Below the pieces are notes generated by a model, which was not told the DNA's origin, did not search any database, and saw nothing but the letters and a program-made list of their open reading frames with translations. Positions 1 through 8,495 of a stretch of DNA of 64,000 bases are shown here, in pieces. The stretch is from positions 4,793 to 68,792 of the forward strand of contig DYMH01000002.1 of the NCBI GenBank assembly GCA_020721645.1. Direction: 5' to 3'. Numbering within the stretch: position 1 is the first letter of the stretch; every line of letters begins with the position of its first letter. Source of the DNA: Draconibacterium orientale (lineage in GTDB: Bacteria; Bacteroidota; Bacteroidia; Bacteroidales; JAADGE01). The position numbers and the translations under genes were made by a program.

Positions 1-15
1 TCGCCCTCAACAATT

Positions 16-50
16 GCGGCAAGCATTTTCACGTAATGCTTGCCGCTTTT
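16..50 (+). terminator. Intrinsic-terminator-like hairpin
   Basis: GCGGCAAGCATT (16-27) pairs perfectly with AATGCTTGCCGC (35-46), 7-nt loop, then TTTT. It lies just past the stop of the convergent minus-strand GH13 gene and probably ends a plus-strand gene left of the window. Confidence 0.5.
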
Positions 51-64
51 AATCTGAAACAATC

Positions 65-3000
65 CTAATTCACCGTGATTTTCTTTACTGTTTGTAAATT
101 GTCATTCATAAATTTAAAGAAATAAATTCCTTTTTTCAAATTTGAAATATCCAGACTTGTATTTTTTGATGTTTTTGTGGTTTTCATTAATCTGCCCGAA
201 ATATCGTAAATCAATAAATCAAAGTTAGTATCTGCTTTAATATTCAGAATGCCCTGCGTTGGATTCGGATAAACTAAAATGTTATCAAAATTCGTCAAAT
301 CATTATTTATATCGGTTACCGGGTGCGAAACGGGTTGGTCGATATATACATGAAATTCGCCGGGTTCGTAGGTTTCTGTATGTCCACCTGGATTGGAAAC
401 CGTAAAACTTTGCCCCGTGTAATAATCGTACCACGTTCCGTCGTGTTGAAACGAAGGTTGCATATCGAAGGTTAAAGTTGAAAAATTTGCCGAAATTGCC
501 ACATTAAGCGAAGAATGCGAAATCCACATTCTTTTTCCCAATTCATCAAGGTCGGCAGAATAGGTTCCGTTTCGGAATGTTTCGTAATTGGTCTTCAAAT
601 AACTCATGTTTTGGTAGGACTGATACAAAGCTCTCCGTTCAGCTACCGTAAAATAATCCCAACGTACGGGTTTTGCCGATGTTCTGCAATCCTCGCTGAT
701 GGTTCCGTTCGAGCAGCGGTTGATGCTGAAATCGTAGCCCAATTCGCCGAATTGCCAAATCATTTTAGGTCCCGGAATGCCGAAATAGAAAGGGACAATA
801 GCCGAAGTCCGGGCAAGTGCCGTATTTAAAGATTCTGTTCCCAAAGCCCCGTTGGTGATGTTATTGTACATCAAGCGTTCTTCATCGTGGCTTTCCATGT
901 ACGGAATTAAATTGGGATACGAAAAGCCGCGTGCTGCATAGTTTGCCCACGAAAAATCGCAATCCGTTGTCCAGCCCATGGTATTTTGATTAAAATTCTT
1001 GTTCATATTGCCCCAGAGCATCAAACCCATACCTGCTAATACAACTTCTTCGTCGTTGTCCGATAAATGTTCTAAAATAACATAAGCATTCGGATTCACC
1101 GTTTTGATATGGTTTTTATAATCCTCCCAAATATTTACTCTTGTTTGGTCATAATCACTCCAAAGTCCAACGTTTCCACCCGAGTTGAATTGAGTAAATC
1201 CTTTCGAGAGGTCGAATCGGTAGCCGTCAATTTTATATTCGGTCATCCAATACGTCATTACATCTTTACAAAATTGACGTGTCGAAAGGCTTTCGTGATT
1301 GAAATCGGACCCAACGCTGTACGGGTGCGTCGCAACTTCGTTGTACCACGGGTTTTCGGCAGTCGGGTTGTAGCTTGCGTCCATATACATTTGAACCATA
1401 GGCGATTGTCCGAACGAATGATTCAGTACCATGTCCATAATCACGGCAATGCCTCTTTGGTGGCACGCATCAATAAAGGCTTTGTAGTCGTTTTTGGTTC
1501 CGTAGGCTTTATCCGGTGCAAAATAAAATGAAGGGTTGTAACCCCAACTGTCGTTGCCTTCAAATTCGTTGAAAGGCATCAATTCAATGGCATTGACACC
1601 TAATTCTTGGAGATAATCTAATTTTGCCTGTACGTCTTTGATTGCTCTCGAAGAAACAAAATCGCGTATCAGCAGCTCGTAAATCACTAAATTCGATTGA
1701 GTTGTTCCAACGGCAACCGGCGTAAAATTATCGACAACCCAATCGTAATCAGGCTGCTGAGTTTCGAGAACACTCACAATTCCTGTGGTTTTTTCTGTCG
1801 GATAGGGTTTTAGGTTTGGGTATGTTGCTGACGTGATGTATTTATCGTTCCACGGGTCGAGAACTTTGTCGCAATATGGGTCGGCAATTTTCAGCTCTTC
1901 ATCGATATAATATTGATAGGCATATTCCGTTTCCGGAGTCAATCCGGTGATTGTAGTCCAATAGTAATCGCCGGCTGCATTGCGTTTCATGTAACTTTCG
2001 TTGTCGGGAGTCCAATTATTGAAATCGCCCACAACAAATACAAATTGCTTTAATTTTGCAGGGTCGTTTAAGACTAATGTTACCGAAGTGCCGTTGGTAT
2101 TGTAATTAATTCCTTTTTTCATACCAACCGGAACTTCCTGTGGAGCCTGATTTTCGCGTATGAAAATCGAAACTGTGTCGCGAACATCGGTTTCGCCGGC
2201 TTTCGATGCCACGGCAATGATATTGTGTTGCCCGCCCGAATATTCCGAAGCAATTAAGGGTAAAGTAATGTTTTCTGTTGTTTCGGTCGTAATTAAATCT
2301 GTATCGAAATAGACTTTTATGCTTTCCGAGTTGAGACCTGTGATACAAATCGGCACAATATCACTTGTTTCAATAATCGGTGCTTGACTGTTTGGAGATA
2401 ATATTTTTACGTTAAGTTGATTCAAATACACTTCGACCAAAATATCCGAGCCGTCGGTATTTTTGCCTTCTTTCCAAACACCGGAAGTAGCTGTTGCACT
2501 GCGGAATACGAAAGCCATTTTTTCGATGGTTTCTGTCGGTTCGGTTACGCTGTAAAACGTCCTGATGTTGGATATTGTTAATTGATATAAGTCGGTTCCT
2601 ACATTTGTAAGTGAAGGTTGAGTAGTGTTATTGCCCCATGTTCCAATGGTGTGTTTCCAGTCGGAATTTGATGTGCTCAGATTCGTAATCACCCCCGTGT
2701 GTGCGTAAACAGTTCCTGTATATCCAATCAGTCCTTGGTTTCCGAGTGCGGCATTAAACGCAATTGTAACAGCTTGGTCTTCTATCGGAAAAACGGGTGA
2801 TGTTGTAATCAGAGCAGTTTGCGAATCGCAGGTTATTTCTTGACCTACGGTGTATGTGTAATTATCGCCATTGCTGTTGATAAAATGAATTGTGTATAAA
2901 TCGAAATCGGCAGCCGGAGAGGAAATTACGGTGCTGAATGCGTAATATTCTACGATTGCTCCTGAGCTTTGTGCCGGAATATCGGCTGTTGCCGTTGTTC

Positions 3001-3646
3001 CCGAAACATTAAATGCAACCAATGTTGAATTTGCCCAAGCATTGGTCGTATATCGCAGATAGATTTTTTCTTCTGTGGATTTTGAGCCGCTCAACGTGGC
3101 AGTTACTGTAACGGTTTCACCGGTTTGAACCAGTTGAGGAGTTCGGGTAATGTTTGTAAAACTTACAGGTTGTGCAGAAAGTTCCATAAAAATAGCACGT
3201 GAGGCAACATAACCGCTGTTTTCCCAGTTCATAACATAATATTTATTATTATTTAGGGTAGTCGTGTTATTAACTGACGAATTAAACGTTAAATTTTCGA
3301 GCGAGTTCATTGTAAATGTTCCGTTTGTCCATTTATTTGCCCAATAATCTGTGGACGGGCCGCTTGAAAAAGCAAATTCATACGCTCCGGCAGCTACATC
3401 TGCTGGTGTTGAAAAAATGGTTTGATAGGGTTGGGTTGATAAATTGGATATTATTCCAACACGTCCGCCGCTTGTTTGAGTGTTGCCGGCAAAGGCTAAA
3501 TTTGTCGGAGGGTTTGTCCAACTGTTCCAACTGCCGGGCATGTTTAAGCCTTCGGGTGCATAAATTTGTGCTTTGGTTTTTGTGTTAAATAACAATAAAA
3601 CCGTAAATAGTGTGAAAATTGGAATTAGTGCTTTTATATTTCTCAT
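65..3646 (-). CDS. Secreted GH13 alpha-glucan hydrolase (alpha-amylase/pullulanase-like) with a long N-terminal beta-rich region and a T9SS C-terminal sorting domain
   Basis: 1193-aa ORF with signal peptide MRNIKALIPIFTLFTVLLLFNTKTKAQ. GH13 conserved regions are present (GVNAIELMPF, VIMDMVLNHS, DGYRFDLSKGF, ILEHLSD, YMESHDEERL). The C-terminus (VYPNPTQGILNIK...GIYFFKF...VKKITVN) is typical of a Por/T9SS CTD. Confidence 0.85.
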   Translation of the reverse strand: MRNIKALIPIFTLFTVLLLFNTKTKAQIYAPEGLNMPGSWNSWTNPPTNLAFAGNTQTSGGRVGIISNLSTQPYQTIFSTPADVAAGAYEFAFSSGPSTDYWANKWTNGTFTMNSLENLTFNSSVNNTTTLNNNKYYVMNWENSGYVASRAIFMELSAQPVSFTNITRTPQLVQTGETVTVTATLSGSKSTEEKIYLRYTTNAWANSTLVAFNVSGTTATADIPAQSSGAIVEYYAFSTVISSPAADFDLYTIHFINSNGDNYTYTVGQEITCDSQTALITTSPVFPIEDQAVTIAFNAALGNQGLIGYTGTVYAHTGVITNLSTSNSDWKHTIGTWGNNTTQPSLTNVGTDLYQLTISNIRTFYSVTEPTETIEKMAFVFRSATATSGVWKEGKNTDGSDILVEVYLNQLNVKILSPNSQAPIIETSDIVPICITGLNSESIKVYFDTDLITTETTENITLPLIASEYSGGQHNIIAVASKAGETDVRDTVSIFIRENQAPQEVPVGMKKGINYNTNGTSVTLVLNDPAKLKQFVFVVGDFNNWTPDNESYMKRNAAGDYYWTTITGLTPETEYAYQYYIDEELKIADPYCDKVLDPWNDKYITSATYPNLKPYPTEKTTGIVSVLETQQPDYDWVVDNFTPVAVGTTQSNLVIYELLIRDFVSSRAIKDVQAKLDYLQELGVNAIELMPFNEFEGNDSWGYNPSFYFAPDKAYGTKNDYKAFIDACHQRGIAVIMDMVLNHSFGQSPMVQMYMDASYNPTAENPWYNEVATHPYSVGSDFNHESLSTRQFCKDVMTYWMTEYKIDGYRFDLSKGFTQFNSGGNVGLWSDYDQTRVNIWEDYKNHIKTVNPNAYVILEHLSDNDEEVVLAGMGLMLWGNMNKNFNQNTMGWTTDCDFSWANYAARGFSYPNLIPYMESHDEERLMYNNITNGALGTESLNTALARTSAIVPFYFGIPGPKMIWQFGELGYDFSINRCSNGTISEDCRTSAKPVRWDYFTVAERRALYQSYQNMSYLKTNYETFRNGTYSADLDELGKRMWISHSSLNVAISANFSTLTFDMQPSFQHDGTWYDYYTGQSFTVSNPGGHTETYEPGEFHVYIDQPVSHPVTDINNDLTNFDNILVYPNPTQGILNIKADTNFDLLIYDISGRLMKTTKTSKNTSLDISNLKKGIYFFKFMNDNLQTVKKITVN

Positions 3647-3822
3647 AATGAATGTGTTATGTGTAAATATTTTAGTAAAAAATTTTTTTTTCGGTCGCAG
3701 ACAGAAGATGTCTGATATGTAAAATTACAATGGAAAGTTCAAAATATCAAGGATTTGAAAGAATATATTTGTGCAAACGAAACCGCAAACGTTTGATGTG
3801 TTTTTTCCTAGCATATTTTATC

Positions 3823-3857
3823 AAAAAAAAGAACTCGGAAATTCCGAGTTCTTTTTT
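3823..3857. terminator. Bidirectional terminator-like hairpin
   Basis: A8 - GAACTCGGAA / TTCCGAGTTC - T6. The stem is perfect and flanked by an A-run and a T-run, so it reads as hairpin plus U-run on either strand. Confidence 0.5.
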
Positions 3858-4108
3858 AATTTGGTTGAAGTGATTAAAAAAATCCTTCCCATATTATTAT
3901 TTATAATGCTTATCCCGATTATTACCTATATAGTTTGTAAAATTTGTATCTTATTGTAAAACAGTGAAAAAAAATATTTTTTGAGATGTGTGCAACACGT
4001 CTCTACGTGCAGAACTTTCTGTATGTTGTGTAGAGACGACTTGCGGTCGTCTCAAAAATAAAAAAATATTTCAAAATATCATTTTAGGTATTATCCGGGA
4101 TAAGCGTC

Positions 4109-5506
4109 TTATTTTTTATCGAGCAATTCTTTTTTTAGTTTTTCGGCAAATTTATTCGCCGAACTCATTACAATTTCTTCGTTTGTTGTCAATATTTTTT
4201 TGTTTTTCATCACAACTTTCCCGTTGATAATAACATCACTCACTTCGCTGCCCAACGAGGCATAAACCAGATTCGAATACACATTGTACATCGGAGTTGT
4301 ATTTGCATTGTTGGTGTCGATAAGGATAATATCGGCATATTTACCGATTTCGAGTGAACCTATTTTTTTATCCAAACCCAGCACCTTGGCACTGCCGATG
4401 GTTGCTGTTCGCACAACTTGTTCTGCCGGAACAACGGTCGGATTCATTTTATTCAATTTGTGAATCAATGCCATGGTGTGCATTTCCTGTATCATGTTTA
4501 AATTGTTGTTACTTGCCGGACCATCGGTTCCCAGACCTACTTCGGCATGTGCTTTGAGAAGTTCCGGAATGGGAGCTACGCCGCTCGAGATTTTCATGTT
4601 GCATTCCGGATTATGAGCCACGCCCACTCCGCGGCGGGCAATAATTCTGATGTCTTTCGGCGACAGCCACACACAATGAGCGGCAATCACGTTGTTTGAG
4701 AGAACTCCGATACTGTCGAGATATTCAATCGGTGTTTTATCGTATTGGGCTGTAATCGTATCAACTTCCCAGCTCGTTTCCGAAACATGAATATGAAACG
4801 GAACGTGAAATTCATCGGCTAATTTTTTTGCTTTTCTTAAAAGATTGGGCGAACAGGTATAAGGCGAATGGGCTGCAACACCGATAGTAACAAGTTCGTT
4901 GCCTTTATATTTTTCTTCCAAACCTCGTGTATAGTCCATACTTTCTTTATAATTTTTGGCGTTGGGTACCGGAAAATCTATTAAACTTTCGCTCAAAATG
5001 GCACGCATTCCAATTTTGCAACACATTTGTGCTGTGAGGTCTTCGTAGAAATACATATCGTTGAAGCAAGTGATTCCCGAATGCAGCATTTCGACCATTG
5101 CCAATTCGCTGCCGATAGTAATCATCGACGAATCAACGAATTTTGTTTCGGCAGGGAAAATGTATTTATGCAACCAATCCTGAAGTTTCAAATCATCTGC
5201 TAAGCCGCGAAAAAGTGACATGGCAATATGTGTGTGGGCATTTACAAAGCCCGGCATTACAATTTTGCCCTGAGCATCGATTATGTTATCGGCATGATAT
5301 TTTTCGCTCAACACTGAATCGTAGCCAATATCAATAATTTTATTGGCTTTTATTACCACTGTTCCCTTCGGATAGATGTGTCCGGTGGAGTCTATCGTAA
5401 CAACGATGCCATTTCGGATAATCAAATCGGCATTATTTTTTTTACTGTCGTAACAAGAACTTAATATAATGGTTAAAACGGAAAAATAAAGAATAAGATT
5501 TTTCAT
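4109..5506 (-). CDS. MtaD-family amidohydrolase (5-methylthioadenosine/S-adenosylhomocysteine deaminase-like) with lipoprotein-type signal peptide
   Basis: 465 aa. Motifs: NAHTHIAMSLFRGLADDLKLQDWL, FHIHVSET, AHCVWL, HNPECNMKISSGVAPI, GTDGPASNN. The N-terminus MKNLILYFSVLTIILSSC looks like a lipobox. Confidence 0.75.
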   Translation of the reverse strand: MKNLILYFSVLTIILSSCYDSKKNNADLIIRNGIVVTIDSTGHIYPKGTVVIKANKIIDIGYDSVLSEKYHADNIIDAQGKIVMPGFVNAHTHIAMSLFRGLADDLKLQDWLHKYIFPAETKFVDSSMITIGSELAMVEMLHSGITCFNDMYFYEDLTAQMCCKIGMRAILSESLIDFPVPNAKNYKESMDYTRGLEEKYKGNELVTIGVAAHSPYTCSPNLLRKAKKLADEFHVPFHIHVSETSWEVDTITAQYDKTPIEYLDSIGVLSNNVIAAHCVWLSPKDIRIIARRGVGVAHNPECNMKISSGVAPIPELLKAHAEVGLGTDGPASNNNLNMIQEMHTMALIHKLNKMNPTVVPAEQVVRTATIGSAKVLGLDKKIGSLEIGKYADIILIDTNNANTTPMYNVYSNLVYASLGSEVSDVIINGKVVMKNKKILTTNEEIVMSSANKFAEKLKKELLDKK

Positions 5507-5874
5507 AAAATAAAATTAAAAGAGTAAAATTTGCCAAAATTAAATAATATGAATTAAACCTCAAAATCTATTATTTAAAACGTTTGCGATGCAAATATTT
5601 TTTTATAAATTGAAAATTGTTTATTTTCAATAATTTAACTATATTTTAAACAAATATTTAAAAAGGAGTACTGTAAATATCATATGAAGATTAGATTTTA
5701 ATATGAAAATGTTTTAATTTAGTCCGCTTTTTTACTTTAATGCTTTTAAAAAAGTGAAATTTGAGAATGGATTTTATTGTTATTAGAATTTTGTAGGAAA
5801 TTTTCCATTTTCAATGAGATATAAATCATGATTTTACGATATTAAAACAGAAAACACATCAAATCATTAAAAAC

Positions 5875-6690
5875 ATGTTGACAAAAATCAAAGAAACAGC
5901 GGCATTTATCAGAACAAAAATCAAAACAGAACCGGAAACCGGCATTATCTTAGGAAGCGGCTTAGGCGGTTTGGGAAATAAAATTGAAAACGCAACGGCA
6001 ATTTCGTATAAAGATATACCGAATTTTCCGGTATCGACAGTTGAAGGACATTCCGGGAAATTGATTTTTGGCACACTTGGCGGTAAAAATGTTGTTGCCA
6101 TGCAGGGTCGTTTCCATTATTACGAAGGTTATGGCATGAAAGACGTTACTTTTCCCGTTCGGGTGATGAAACTTTTGGGGGTTAAAAATCTCATTGTTTC
6201 CAATGCTGCCGGCGGTTTAAACCCTGCTTTCCAAACAGGTGCTTTGATGATAATCACTGACCATATCAACTTCTTTCCCGAAAATCCGCTTCGCGGCAAA
6301 AATTTAGATGATTTCGGTCCTCGATTTCCGGATATGAGTAAGCCGTATTGTGCCGAATTTATCGAAAAAGCCGAAAAAATTGCCAAAGACAACAATATTG
6401 CCATCGAAAAAGGTGTTTATATCGGAAGTACAGGTCCTACATTGGAAACAAAATCGGAATATAAATTGTTTCGATTATTCGGTGCCGATGCCACCGGAAT
6501 GTCCACTGTTCCCGAAGTGATTGTAGCACACCATCAAGGCATGAAAGTTTTCGGAATGTCGGTTATCACAAACGGGAGTGCACCCATAGACCCATTGGGC
6601 GAAACAACACACGAAGAAGTTCAAAACGTTGCCGGTTCGGTAGAACCTAAAATGACCAAAATTATTACAGAATTGATAAAACAGATGTAA
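5875..6690 (+). CDS. Purine nucleoside phosphorylase, trimeric PNP/MTAP family
   Basis: 271 aa. Motifs: [45 protein letters not shown]. Confidence 0.85.
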   Translation: MLTKIKETAAFIRTKIKTEPETGIILGSGLGGLGNKIENATAISYKDIPNFPVSTVEGHSGKLIFGTLGGKNVVAMQGRFHYYEGYGMKDVTFPVRVMKLLGVKNLIVSNAAGGLNPAFQTGALMIITDHINFFPENPLRGKNLDDFGPRFPDMSKPYCAEFIEKAEKIAKDNNIAIEKGVYIGSTGPTLETKSEYKLFRLFGADATGMSTVPEVIVAHHQGMKVFGMSVITNGSAPIDPLGETTHEEVQNVAGSVEPKMTKIITELIKQM

Positions 6691-6780
6691 TCAATGGACA
6701 ATTTACAATGGACAATGGACAATGGACGATTGACAATGGATAATTAATTGTCAATTTTCCATTGTCAATTGTCAATTAAT
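6691..6780. repeat. Word-based imperfect palindrome between convergent genes (tandem ACAATGG words followed by CCATTGT words)
   Basis: tcaatggacaatttacaatggacaatggacaatggacgattgacaatgga ... tccattgtcaattgtcaatt. ATTGACAATGGA (6729-6740) pairs with TCCATTGTCAAT (6758-6769), and several slipped registers are possible. It fills the whole spacer between the two stop codons. Confidence 0.8.
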
Positions 6781-8285
6781 TACATACAATGTAAATATTC
6801 ATCGACCAATTTTTTAATTTCAACATTGTTTCCGAATAATTTTTCACTTAAATTTTCGTCTTGATACGATTTGAGTTTTTTGATAAATAAATCAATCGTG
6901 CCGGACGGGAAAATGCTATTTTGTTCGTAAAAATTGCGGTCTTTTTCCAAAAAATCTGCCGATTCGGAACAACTTGCAGGCAGTGCCACCAAGCGTTTGA
7001 GAATGTTTTCGTTTTCTTTACGAAAAATATTGACATTTACATACAAATCTTCGGCACGTTGAAGCGATTTATCCGACAAAATTCCGTCTTTTGCAGCCAT
7101 AATCATTCCCGACAGTAGATGATACAAATCGGCGGACCCGTCCGGAACACGTAATTCAACGGTTTGTTTGCCCGGAATATAAGGCACTTCGCCGCGTTCC
7201 TGAGGATTGGCATCTTTTATCATGTGCGTTTTTGCAATCCAGCCCAAAGGCACACGAACCAAAACCGAGCGGTTGCTGTCGCCCCAACAAACCATGGTTG
7301 GAGCTTCCTGATGCGGAACCAAACGAAGGTACGAAACCGGAATGGTATTTCCGAAAGCTGTGAGCGACTGTGCTTTATCTAAAATACCGGCAATCACTTT
7401 TTTGGCAATATCCGACAACCCTTTGTCGTTGGTCATTAAATTTTTGTCGCCTTTATTGATTTGAAAATGAATGTGAAGTCCGCTTCCGGCTTTTCCTACG
7501 GTAATTTTGGGAGCAAAACTCACCACCACACCGTATTTTTTACCCAGCATACGAATAATCCATTTCGCAATCACGAGTTGGTCCACCGTTTCTTCGGCGT
7601 TTACGGGAGTAAATTCGATTTCGTGTTGCTCGTATCTGTGGGTTTCGGTGCTGAAATTGCCGACTTCCGAATGCCCGTATTTTATTTTACCGCCGCATTG
7701 GGCAATTAATTTCATCGCTTCCAAACGCAAATTTTCGTTGTTGGCAAACGGTTCCGACGAATGATAGCCTTTTTGGTCGATGCTTGGATATAAATCGTTT
7801 TTTGTGCTGATTACATAATATTCCAATTCGCCCATTGCCTTGAAAGTATAGCCTGTGGCTTGTTGAAAATCTTTATGAGCTTTTCGCAGAATATATTCCG
7901 GTGCACTTTCCAATGGCTTGCCGTCGCGGGTATAAAATGAACACAGAATATCGAGTGTGGGGGTTTCGGAAAACGGATTTACAAATGCCGTGCTGAATCT
8001 CGGAATAACATACAAGTCGCTCGAATCGGCATGGATGTAGGAAAACAAACTCGAACCGTCCACTCGTTCGCCCGTTGATAGTATCGATTCGAGATAATCT
8101 TTGCCCGTGATAACGAAATTCAGTGCCTTCAATTTCCCGTCTTGGGCTACATATCTGAAATTCAACATCTCTATCTTGTTATCATAAATGAATTTAATGA
8201 TGTCGTATTTCGTAAATTCTGAGGAAGGTTTTTGCAAATGTGTTACCAACTTGTTGGGGTTCATCAATATCTCTAAATCTCGCAT
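6780..8285 (-). CDS. glnA: Glutamine synthetase family protein (type I-like)
   Basis: 501 aa. N-terminal beta-grasp region (VDGSSLF), catalytic region with GSGLHIHFQ, and LRVPDGSADLYHLLSGMIMAA near the C-terminus. Confidence 0.7.
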   Translation of the reverse strand: MRDLEILMNPNKLVTHLQKPSSEFTKYDIIKFIYDNKIEMLNFRYVAQDGKLKALNFVITGKDYLESILSTGERVDGSSLFSYIHADSSDLYVIPRFSTAFVNPFSETPTLDILCSFYTRDGKPLESAPEYILRKAHKDFQQATGYTFKAMGELEYYVISTKNDLYPSIDQKGYHSSEPFANNENLRLEAMKLIAQCGGKIKYGHSEVGNFSTETHRYEQHEIEFTPVNAEETVDQLVIAKWIIRMLGKKYGVVVSFAPKITVGKAGSGLHIHFQINKGDKNLMTNDKGLSDIAKKVIAGILDKAQSLTAFGNTIPVSYLRLVPHQEAPTMVCWGDSNRSVLVRVPLGWIAKTHMIKDANPQERGEVPYIPGKQTVELRVPDGSADLYHLLSGMIMAAKDGILSDKSLQRAEDLYVNVNIFRKENENILKRLVALPASCSESADFLEKDRNFYEQNSIFPSGTIDLFIKKLKSYQDENLSEKLFGNNVEIKKLVDEYLHCM

Positions 8286-8495
8286 GTTGTGTAGTGTTAA
8301 ATTGTTGTAAAATAGATATTTGAAAAAAGGAGATAATTTATCTTGAAAATACTCTGTCGAAATCGATTGTTAAAGAATTTTCGTGCAAAGGAAATTAAAA
8401 AATACGACAAATTAACCTTTGCCAATTATGATATTGAACTTAAAATTCGTCCTTTTACGGAATAGATAGAAATACCTGTTAAAAAAAACAATTTT

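Noticed and set aside
3771-3959. 62-aa ORF with a hydrophobic C-terminus in the amylase-deaminase spacer
   Set aside because: It has a GTG start, spans the bidirectional terminator hairpin and has AT-rich low-complexity codons. Nothing supports it as a gene.
6691-6745. Tandem GGACAAT-type repeats that might be taken for a CRISPR array or microsatellite
   Set aside because: The units are only 7-8 nt with no unique spacers and are followed by their own reverse complement. This is a palindromic spacer between convergent genes, not a CRISPR array.
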